A stretch of DNA of 64,000 bases from Octopus bimaculoides (Eukaryota), in NCBI RefSeq assembly GCF_001194135.2, contig NC_069002.1, forward strand, positions 34,153,909 to 34,217,908. Reading direction: 5' to 3'. Both the position numbers and the translations under genes were made by a program. This document shows, piece after piece, positions 53,319-64,000 of this stretch. The notes beneath the pieces are model-generated. The model saw nothing but the letters and a program-made list of their open reading frames with translations. It ran no database searches and was not told where the DNA came from. The stretch's first letter is position 1, and each line of letters begins with the position of its first letter.

Positions 53319-53690
53319 GTGGAGGCGCAATGGCCCAGTGGTTAGGGCAGCAGACTCGCGGTCATAGGATCGCGGTTTCGATTCCCAGACCGGGCGATGT
53401 GCGTGTTTCTTGAGCGAAAACACCTAAAGCTCCACGAGGCTCCGGCAGGGTATGGTGGCGAACCCTGCTGTACTCTTTCACCACAACTTTCTCTCTCTCT
53501 TACTTCCTGTTTCTTTTGTGCCTGTAATTCAAAGGGTCAGCCTTGTCACACTGAATATTCCCGAGGACTACGTTAAGGGTACACGTGTCTGTGGAGTGCT
53601 CAGCCACTTGCACGTTAATTTCACGAGCAGGCTGTTCTATTGATCGGATCAACTGGAACCCTCGTCGTCGTAAGCGACGGAGTGCCAACA
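53319..53690 (+). mobile_element. SINE family D, full length, 11-bp TSD
   Basis: A-box TGGCCCAGTGG, B-box-like GGTTTCGATTCCC, CAA tail. TSD ACTAAAACAGA at 53308-53318 and 53691-53701. Confidence 0.97.
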
Positions 53691-54314
53691 ACTAAAACAG
53701 AAACAAGAAGAACCCGAGTGAAAACAAGGAAAAACATTGTCGATAAGTAGACATGGACGTCTCAATATCTGCACGAAATAGTAGAGTAACCTTTGCAAAT
53801 GAGAGCATTTTATACACAGTGATATTTTGTTAATCTCATCCGTTGTTGTATAGGTCTGAACAAGGCATATCATGCAAAATTCGAGTGACGACGCTCATAC
53901 TTACTTCTCAAGTTCGTAGACACTCACAGACATTATTTCGACCATGTAGACATCACGCTCCATGAAATTGTTTACTGTTCTTTCTACCTCATAGCTGTTC
54001 CTTGTAAAACCTGATAATATTGTACTCGATAACTTTGGTCTGTGAGGTTAATAGTTGATCTTTTTATCCATTCAGAAATGCTTAAAAGAAAACATATTTA
54101 TCAAAAAGAAAACATTCTTCAATATTCCTTAAAATCGAATTTCTAGCACATGACGGCAGCAGGCAGGTTTATTCTGTATTAGTGTAACAAACCACGAATG
54201 ACATTCTGATGAGTGCCTCGTTTCAAATTTGCAATGGAGAAACACGCAAGATAATTGCATGAATATATAATGAAAGAAAGGAGACTAAGAAATGATATCA
54301 TACACATACATCAG

Positions 54315-54440
54315 GTGCAAGCGCAGCTGCGTGGTAAGAAGCTTGTGTGGCACCTTGGGCATGTGTCTTCTACTATAGCCTGGGGCCAACCAAGGCATTG
54401 TGAATGGAGTTGGTAGAGGAAAAACGGAAGAAACCAGTCA
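54315..54440 (+). mobile_element. SINE family A, 5' part with the B-box region deleted
   Basis: GGTAAGAAGCTTG is joined directly to TGTGGCACCTTGGGCATGTGTCTTCTACTATAGCC. Confidence 0.85.
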
Positions 54441-54492
54441 TGTATGTATATATATATATTTATGTGTGTGTGTGTGCGTCTGCCTGCCTGCA

Positions 54493-54526
<34 letters not shown>

Positions 54527-54550
54527 TCCCTCCCTCCAGCACTGTTCGAT

Positions 54551-54629
54551 ATCCAGAACGTAAAGACAGACGAAATACCGCTAAGCACTTCGCCCGACGC
54601 GCTAGCGTTTCTACCAGCTCGCCGCCTTC
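54551..54629 (-). mobile_element. SINE family B head fragment
   Basis: AGAACGTAAAGACAGACGAAATACCGCTAAGCACTTCGCCCG.CG.GCTA.CGTTTCT.CCAGCTCGCCGCCTT. Confidence 0.88.
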
Positions 54630-55393
54630 AATAATAATAATAATAATAATTGTCTGAAGAATGACTTGACTCCTTTACACGGTAAATACACAATAAGGAG
54701 AGTGTGATGTGATTTGAAATGACTTACAGATATTTCTACTGTATGCTTATCTTCTTCGGGTTCAAAATTGAAAACAGAAAATTAAAGAGTCTTATTAGAA
54801 AACAAAAAAAAAAATAAAAAATGCGAGTGAAATAATAATAGGTTGTGCAAGAATACACGAAGTACCAGTGATACTCTAGTTACGTGAATATGCATGCATA
54901 TCTGAAAGCGTGTATTTAATAATTTGCGTAAACGTTGTTCGAGTTATTAGATCTCATATTGATATATATTAACATTTTTGTGTGAGCGTACAAGTCATGG
55001 ATGAATATAACATGGCTTCAAACATGAGAGCTCTGATAATATTTATACACTTGTGTTTCTGTTTCTTCTAAGTTATATTTATTGGTGGTGTTGTTGTTGT
55101 TGTTTTTTCTTCGTTATTTGAATATGTTCAGTCATATTTCTAAGTTTATTGTTTGTATGCTGTATACATAATAGCTTCCCATCATCAGTCTGCACCAGAT
55201 TTTAGTAAATAAACTACAAAACAGAAATGCATACATAAACAAATATAATATCATACAAAAAATAAGTGGTTGCCATATAGAGCCATGGCGATGGATAGGC
55301 AGATAGATATACATATATCAATATATTTATGAATTGTGAAAGATGATTAAAATAATAGAGAATAGCGACAGAATATAGAAGTCTATCTATCTT

Positions 55394-55690
<297 letters not shown>

Positions 55691-56465
55691 GTACGAATTT
55701 AGAGAGAGAGAAAGAGATATAGAGAAAGTGAGAAGAGGAGACATGGAATGTTATATACATTTATTTATATTTTATGCTGGATTAATTCTTGAAAATGGAA
55801 CAAATCTCATTTTACCAAAATTTTCAAAACATTGCATCAAAAGAATTTGCATATATGTATTCGTTGTTTATTTTATGTTTATAGTTTGTAAATTTTCCTG
55901 ATTATTTTCTTTTTTGTTTTGTTTTGAACAAATTCTTCGAGATTTTAATGGTTTTCGAAAATCTCGACAGATTCTTTGAAATAAGTGAATTAATTAATAG
56001 CTTGGTGGAAAGTTCTGTAGCCAAACAAATTATCTTCCATTGGCGTGACATGATGATCGGCCTATAGAATGTTCTCTTTCTATTTATCAGAACACATTGG
56101 AGAGAAGAAAAAGAAAATGGTGCTAAATTAAAAGCGATAAGATTCAAGGACAAGAATATGTATATTACCACTCGGTTCCATAGAAACTTTCACAATGCAT
56201 TACCTAATTGATATCTGAATCTTCGATGTGTTCTTACAAAGACATTATCTTCTTGGGAAGTTTGGCAATTTCAAAAATTGAAGACAAGGTTGATGACGGA
56301 GCTAAAGATGATGAGAGGGATGATGATGATGTCGACACTGCTTAGAATTATATTATTCCAATGATGATGAATGAGGAGGAGAATGATGATAATGATGATA
56401 TTTGATATTAATAACCTTATTATTTGCTATCACTATCGCTGTTTGTAATTCAATAATTATATATA

Positions 56466-56503
<38 letters not shown>

Positions 56504-57689
56504 CTTGTATGTATATGTTATACGTTTCTGCATATATACTTATGTATATACATGTTTTGTGTAATGCAAATATGTGCTCATGAGTTCGCGTGTATATGTG
56601 ATTAGGTGTAAACTTTCGTGTAATTGTACATTAATATGTGTGTGTGGGCGAGCGTATTTATAAATGTGTGTGTGTGTGCCTGTCAATGTGTTTGTGTATA
56701 CCTTGTGTATGCGGAAGTAGTTTTAGATATGCTCAGTAATTGAAATTAATTTATATGCATATAATATCGTGCATAAATCTGGACTATTAATTCATCTTAT
56801 AATTTAGAATATCGAAAAATAATATTCTGAAGTAGAATGTGGTAAATTTAAATATAGATTTATTACAGTAAATTTCAAAACCTTTACATATTTTAAAGAT
56901 TGTGCATCAAAAGGGGTATATTTGCTAATGACAAAATGTTGTAGCATCTGATTGTTACGGAATGCCACGAAACCGTTCTATAATGCAAATATACCAGCGT
57001 TTTCTTTTTACCGCGAGTTCATGAAACAATGAGGAATACATGAATGTCACAGCAAAGCAACTATTTTTTTTTCTGTCATTGCTAATTATTACGGCACTCT
57101 ATTTCGGTATAGTGAAACATTTAATGTATTGATGAAAACTTTATCGTGTAATTTCAAAATTTGAAAGATTCTACTACACTCTGGTAACATGATAAGATGA
57201 TAATGTATAACTCTTGAACATTACATTGAATAAAAGCAGAATATTATTCTAATATACCATTGCATGACCCAAACCCTGCCGGGGGAGAATCGGTTTTTCA
57301 TCTGATTCATTATATGGTACCTACAGTATTTTATTGAACCTAGGAAATGCAAGTTCGACTCCAACTAGATTCGAGATTTGAACTTGAAAGATTTAAGTAA
57401 ATATCGCAAAATACGTTGTCTAATGGTCTACCAAGACCTACAATAACAAGGGGCCACATTAGGTTAAGTAGGTAAATACAAAATGTGTTGCTCTGACAGG
57501 TTGGTGTCAATATGCGAAGTATGTTTTGTGAATAGTCTGAGGACCCTCCAGCCCGAGGACACCTTCCTCATATCGATCTCACACGCTTTGTAAATATGTT
57601 TGTGGGCGGGAAATTTAGTCCTGCAGTAAACCAATATAAAGTCCTTTCGGAATGATGCGATGTTTATAACTCTATATAACAAACCAACA

Positions 57690-58079
57690 GTGGAGGCGCA
57701 ATGGCCTTGTGGTTAGGGCAGCGGACTGGCGGTCATAAGATCGCAGTTTCGATTCCCAGAACGGGTGTTGTGAGTGTTTATTGAGCGAAAACACCTAAAG
57801 CTCCACGACGCTCCGGCAGGGGATGGTGGCGAACCCTGCTGTACTCTTCCACCACAACTTTCTCTCACTCTTACTTCCTGTTTCTATTGTACCTGTATTT
57901 CAAAGTGCCAGCCTTGTGACACTGTGTCACGCTGAATATCCCCGAGAACTACGTTACGGGTACACGTGTCTGTGGAGTGCTCAGCCACTTGCACGTTAAT
58001 TTCACGAGCAGTCTGTTCTGTTGATCGGGTCAACTGAAACCCTCAACGTCGTAAGTGACGGAGTGCTAACAACAACAAT
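57690..58079 (+). mobile_element. SINE family D, full length, 9-bp TSD
   Basis: Same head, body and (CAA)n tail as the copies at 27960 and 53319. TSD AAACCAACA at 57681-57689 and 58080-58088. Confidence 0.97.
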
Positions 58080-61000
58080 AAACCAACAAGGCTTATTCGA
58101 CACCCCTAAAAATAAAAAAAATCTTTCTTTTAACCCTTGTGTTATATTTTGTTCACATTATGGTTCAACGGTATCACTCAGCACTTTGGTGAATTTTAGT
58201 TTTCTGTTAGAGAATTGAGAAATTTGAATCCTAGCTGAAGGACACTACTTCTTTTGTTTTCACCAGTCTCTGAAACCTAAACAGGTTTGAAGGGAACAGC
58301 CCTTTATTCACTGACAACTTATTTAATAAAACAAAATTTTGTTTGCGCTACGTCTGAAACAAAATGCAGGATGGTGGTTGCCGGAATAAAAGTTGGTCAT
58401 ATCTTTGTGTGTTTAAATAAAAGGCGACAAGATACTAAACAAATTTTACAGCACCAACGAGAGTAGCATTATGGAATACTTAGAAAGAAGCCGGAATGTT
58501 TCGATGATAAGAAATTGTTACTTCATAAATCTGACACTGATCCATACTTACATTGTGTATTACGTCATCACTAAGTTTCAATGATGCTTTTGTATTTAGG
58601 ATAAATCAGCTTCAGATTCTTTCTCCCACATACACATATGTGCACAGCGGTACACGTCATGTGTCGTTGCTGCATTCCAACCAGAGGAACGTCTTTGCAG
58701 ACAAGTCAAACCGATCTATTGCGTTATCATTTATTTCTCTCATTCACTATGTATCTCAGTGAATTACATTTAAGCCATATTGTTAACGAAAGGAAAGGTG
58801 TGACAAACTTTCAATTCCCGTGGGAGGTAGCGTCGTCTTTAAATTATCAAGAACCAAAATTCAAACTATATGACACACTCAGAATAGGCAAAACTTATCT
58901 CCACCTAAGTATGTTCATTTAAAGAATTATGTATCGATTTCTTACAGTGAAACAGCTTTCTAGAGGGAGCCTCGACACCTGAACTGTTAGGAATATAAGT
59001 GAAATTTACATAAAATCGTACACTGTGAACCATATTAAAGAAGACAGACATATAGGACAGAATAACCTTACATATTCAAAAGATGTAACAATAAGTGGAA
59101 AGTAATTAATCATAGGTACCTGTTGGAAATGATTGTGATCATAGAGAGGTTGTTGATAGATCTGATAGGAATAACGGCGATATCAGACCGTATGGGTCAT
59201 TGCAGGAGGAGAGATGAATGATTCGGGAAGACTAGAATAGATAAGACAATAGCCTTCATCGAGGAATAAAATCGGCTGTCATGTCAATAATTAATCTTCG
59301 GAAGTGAAATATATGATCAAAAATATTGATGCCAGAACCATCCGGTTATATTAACCATTATTAAATTTTCTGTAATAAACATAAAATTTACTGTAATAAA
59401 ACAGTAAATTATAAAATCTGGAATTGTCTTTTTTATGCTGCTGCTACTACTGATGTTGTTAGTTTATTTGGCTTATTCGCACATCCACCCCGAGCTGAAA
59501 GTTATTACTGTCAGAGCTATTCTGCTTTGTTAACACTGATATTGAAACCAAAATTTATTGTTCAAAATGTTCTTCATTGTTTATTAGGATTCCGATTGTT
59601 TTCCAGGAGACCTCTTTTAGGAACTCTCAATCACATTATTTACTTGTCTGATCTCGAGTTATTTCATTTTTCTTTTCTTTCTTTCAATACTTGTAAGGGC
59701 GTAAATTTTGGTTCCAGAGTAATTTGGCTGCTATTTCTCGAGGGTACATTGGTTTAGTTAAGGATCGCTTTTTGCCCTCATTTTAAAATTTAAAAAAAAA
59801 AAATTGCACAAATAATCTGGTTTCATTGTAGGAGATATTTCTTATTCTTGACGTTGTGAAATAATATCCAACTTGTTTGAAATTATACTGCGGTTTCCTT
59901 TCTGTAGTGTTTGCTTCTTGTACAATCATACAATAACTTCCTACGTATATCATTCAGTATTGATGAAGTATTGCTAAAGAACGGTACAGAAGCATTGATT
60001 CGCTGCGAAAACCGATCATTTATGTTCTAAGCAACATGTTATACAGTCTGATTGAAGATATATATCTGTGCAAAGCATATTATTTATTAAAGATTTCCTT
60101 TCAAGGTCATCGCTGTTTATACCAGAATATGTTTCTGCTGCAGCATTCCTTTATGCCACAATGACAAAGGTTTTTCGGAAACATCTCTGTGCTGCAAGAT
60201 ACAGTGAATCTACATTAACATTTCGCATCGGAAATAATCAATAAAAGATAAATACAAACAATTGTAGACCAAACGGAAAAAGAATATAAAATAAGGAATA
60301 ACAAATGATATCAAGAAAATAGCCGATTCTCGTGTCAGATGACCCACAATTATTCTTATTTGGGTCACATGAACCAATGGGCTCTTTTGGAAATATTAAA
60401 TCATCTTCACACTTGATTAACTGATTAGATTATATCTTATCGTATTTTACTTTGACTTGCTGCAAAGTTTTAGACTTTTTCTATAAAGGTCAGCATTTAT
60501 GCGACTGTTTGATATTGGCACGAAGCTGAGAGGCGATAGTTCATAATAGCAGTGCCATGTTACTGTTCTGATTTCAATAACTAATTGCTGAAAATAATAG
60601 ACGAGCCATTTGCATGATGCTATAAAGTGTAGTTGACACAATTTCGTTTCCAATAGAATTTGAAGATAAACTATTATACACAGGTCTAACAAGATAAAAT
60701 AAGAAATTGGATTCATATAATGGAGAAAGAAAAACTATATGTTATTCTTCGAAAGAGGAAGGACAGTGTAGCGGAGGAAGAGACCATGATGTAGATCGGT
60801 ATGCTAGAAAAGAAAATGGTAAATCTGTTTCAAAAGAGCGTAGCCAACGGTGCTAATAGAAGAATACGTATGGTAATGTACACTTAGTATAATATATTAA
60901 AAGGTGAGATGGTGGAGTCGAGCCAGAAGGTGTTTCAGCACACAAATTTATTGATAAAGGCCAGCACAGAGAAAAATAACAGTAAAACATATATATATAT

Positions 61001-61340
61001 CAATATTCTACAAGCAAATCGAACTGAAATGAGAGATCTTAGATTATTGCTTCACCTGTTCGATATAGCAAGAAAATAATTCCTCAAATAAACACAATCT
61101 ATTGTAACACGTAGCCATATAGGGAGAAATAGTCGTAGGTAGAGATTGGGCCTGATTAAAACACGAGATATTAACGGTAGAAATATTTCGATTATAGATA
61201 TTGTGGCAGAAGGCTAGAAACTTAGGAAGCAAATAGTTTATAAATGTGTGTGTGTGTGTGTGTGTGTGTGTATACATACACATATAAAGAGAAAGAGAGA
61301 GGGAGGAATAGGTATAGATATAAATACACATAAATATATT

Positions 61341-61565
61341 GTTTTCTTTCAGTCATTTGACTGCGGCCATGCTGGAGTGCCGCCTTTAGTCGAAAATATC
61401 GACCCCAGGGCTTATTGTCTGTTAGACTAGTATTTATCCTATCAGTTTCTTATTGCCGAACTGCTATATAATGAGGACGTAAATACACCAACATCGGTTG
61501 TCAAGCGATGGTGAGGGACAAACAGACACACTAGCATATATATATCTATACATATATACGACGGG
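61341..61565 (-). mobile_element. SINE family A, 3' half
   Basis: TTTCAGTCATTTGACTGCGGCCATGCTGGAG..CCGCCTTTAGTCGA...ACATCGGTTGTCAAGCGATGGTG.GGGACAAAC. Confidence 0.9.
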
Positions 61566-61889
61566 ATCGCTGGCCACTTATCACCAAGGAAGACCCTATC
61601 TAGCCACTAAAAACATTTTTCTTGATCAGCATACGCGCCCGCAAATATAGCAGTAAAAGGTTCTTCTATTCACTAGATTGGCCATCTGTTTTCATGCATC
61701 TCACTTAAATTGTGCATGAAATAAGCACGTTTACTACTTTCCTCCATTGGTAGCAATGGCGGGTATTGCTTTCTAAGTTTACCTCTCATATTTCTCATAC
61801 CTTCATTGAAGACGTCTCACAGTCCTTAAATCGTTGTATTTATTTTCGCTGGGAGTGTTTACTACGAACAAGTTTACATTTACCATAAT

Positions 61890-62312
61890 TAAGTTTGTTA
61901 CAAAAGCCTCCGGCAAAAATGGTATTTTTTGCTGAGAGATAGCGTTTTGGCAGTGGTAGTACCGTACAGAACCGTCACGATCTTATAATTGTAGTATGTA
62001 GGGATGGTGCTGTTTCCAGTTACTGGAAGAATGTAATTATCTTGCCTCTCCATAAGAGAAACTAAAAAAAAAAAAGAGTAGCTAAAATAGAGGTATTGCT
62101 CTACTGTCATATGTTGGCAACGTTCTGTCGATTATATCCCCTTCTACGACTGAATAAATACCTTGTAAAGGATGTCCTATCTAAATCTCCGTTCTGGCAA
62201 GCGAACAATGGATACAATGTTGACAGCAAAGTAGATACAGGATAAGCCCTCAGAGCAGTATATGGACAGTGTCCAGGTTTTCATTGGTTTAATGAAAGCC
62301 TTTGATACTTGA
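61890..62312 (+). mobile_element. RTE-type LINE reverse-transcriptase fragment (degenerate)
   Basis: KASGKNGIFAE...WKNVIILPLHKR...NRGIALLSYVGNVLSII.LLRLNKYLVKDVLSKS / RSGKRTMDTMLTAK*IQDK..EQYMD..QVFIGLMKAFDT matches the N-terminal RT blocks KAPGPDGI, W..A.IIP.YK, YRGISLL, FR.GR.T.D and DL.KAFD. Confidence 0.9.
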
Positions 62313-62833
62313 ATAGTGCCGATCTATGGAAGACACACACACACACACACTGAAGTACATAGTTATAGTTATGTAAATAGACTGATAGATAAATGAATAG
62401 ATAGAAAGATATAGAGATGTGGATAGATAGTTAGAGAGACAGATTTGTGTATATATGCGTGTGTCTGTACACACATTTACATACGTACATGCATACATTC
62501 AGGTTATTTGCGATTACGAGTTAAATATGAAATTTGCGCGTGCTCGACTGAAAATTGTTGAATATTGTGGTCGATTTATCCTCTCTCCCGAATTTGCTGG
62601 CCGTGTGCCAAAATTTGAAATCGATATCTGCACAAGTTTCAATTCTGGTACTTCCGATAAAATAGCAACAACCAAAATATACTCCATTCTGAAGATGAGA
62701 TTGAGAAAAACTAGAACATTCGACATTGGATTTACAAATGCTTTCTCAACCATACAATCTACAACAAGTATACTAAATGTAAGAATATAGGCAGTACGTA
62801 ATGGTATTTTCAAAATTGTCTAACAGAATATCT

Positions 62834-62890
<57 letters not shown>

Positions 62891-63259
62891 TTCAATACAC
62901 ATACGTCTACACATAAGCATAACAAACACATACACACACACACATGCATATATGTTTCAATACACACACATCACGTTTATATATATATACAGAAGTGAAG
63001 ATCTAGAAGCAGATATAAGCTAAAATGGTAGAATAAAAAATAACTAAAGTCTCTGCCAGCGAATGAGCCATGCAGACATCCATCCAGCTATGCAGTCAAA
63101 CAGAGAAACAGGCAAATATATAGAAAGTCTAGCAGTCGAATGTTTACCAATGAAAATAAAATAAACACTAACTGTGTGATCAACGAATTGATAAGTATAA
63201 AGATAAGATCAACTCGAATAAATTTGTCAATAGAAAATCTAAAATATATAGAGGTATGT

Positions 63260-63313
63260 GCATATATGTATATATGTAAGTATATATGTATATTTATATA
63301 TGTGTGTGTATAT

Positions 63314-63369
<56 letters not shown>

Positions 63370-63502
63370 GTGTTCATATATATGTGTATGTATGTGTATA
63401 CGTATGTATGTATATGTGTGTATGTGTGCATATATATGTATGTATGTGTATGCATGTATGTATGTATATATGTATGCATATGTGTATATATATACGTATA
63501 TA

Positions 63503-63574
<72 letters not shown>

Positions 63575-63600
63575 CATCCATACATACAAACACATATATA
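63260..63600. repeat. TA/TG microsatellite complex
   Basis: Seen directly. Confidence 0.95.
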
Positions 63601-64000
63601 TAGTGTCAAGACAAACGCTGAATCGTGTTGAGTAAAATATATTTTATGACATATTTACAGAAGTTTATTTCAAGTAATTCTTTATTGTTGTACGTATTTT
63701 AAAAAGAAACGGGGAAACATGAAGAGGCGGATAGAGAGAAACGAGGAAGAGATAAACACTATAACCAAGATTGGAATAAATAAAATAAGATAATAAGTAG
63801 AAAGAAGCGACTTGTCTCAAAGAATGTCATAAATCCTTGCGGCTGTCTTCAATAAAACTGCGGCAAACAGTTTCCCATCCTCAAAAGACATCGGTTTGTG
63901 TTCGTGTTGGTGACGTGTATTTTGTGTCACAACTTTTCCTCGTTAAATGCTTCTTATACGACCATAACTTCATGTGCACCATTTTTCTTTTACAATTTCT

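Noticed and set aside
57600-57640. GGCGGGAAA (E2F-like) plus CCAAT
   Set aside because: Isolated short motifs directly beside a SINE, with no other promoter evidence.
58540-58720. Minus-strand GTAAGT donor near 58550
   Set aside because: All three phases hit stops shortly upstream with no suitable acceptor.
59115-59222. Short open frame VPVGNDCDHREVVDRSDRNNGDIRPYGSLQEER*
   Set aside because: Weak acceptor, no recognisable homology, length within chance expectation.

Overview
AT-rich, repeat-dense eukaryotic genomic DNA from a gapped draft assembly (11 N-runs). The SINE families, Penelope/RTE/mariner remnants and very high (AT)n/(AC)n microsatellite load look like a coleoid cephalopod, most likely Octopus; this is an inference from repeat recognition, not a search result. 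I cannot support any host protein-coding exon, rRNA, tRNA or CRISPR array. Nearly all long ORFs in the track are microsatellite or N artefacts. The window reads as intron or intergenic DNA. It holds at least four tRNA-derived SINE families (labelled A-D here; three family-D copies have target-site duplications) and three RTE-type LINE fragments, one ending in tandem C2H2 zinc fingers. It also holds a Penelope GIY-YIG remnant, a probable Penelope 5' ORF remnant, two mariner remnants, an internally deleted maT-like transposon with both TIRs, and two MITEs. The most interesting items are the zinc-finger LINE end, a telomere-like fold-back with a Helitron-like hairpin, a SINE dimer inside one TSD, and a head-to-head SINE pair. 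I found no convincing evidence of a wholly new biological system.
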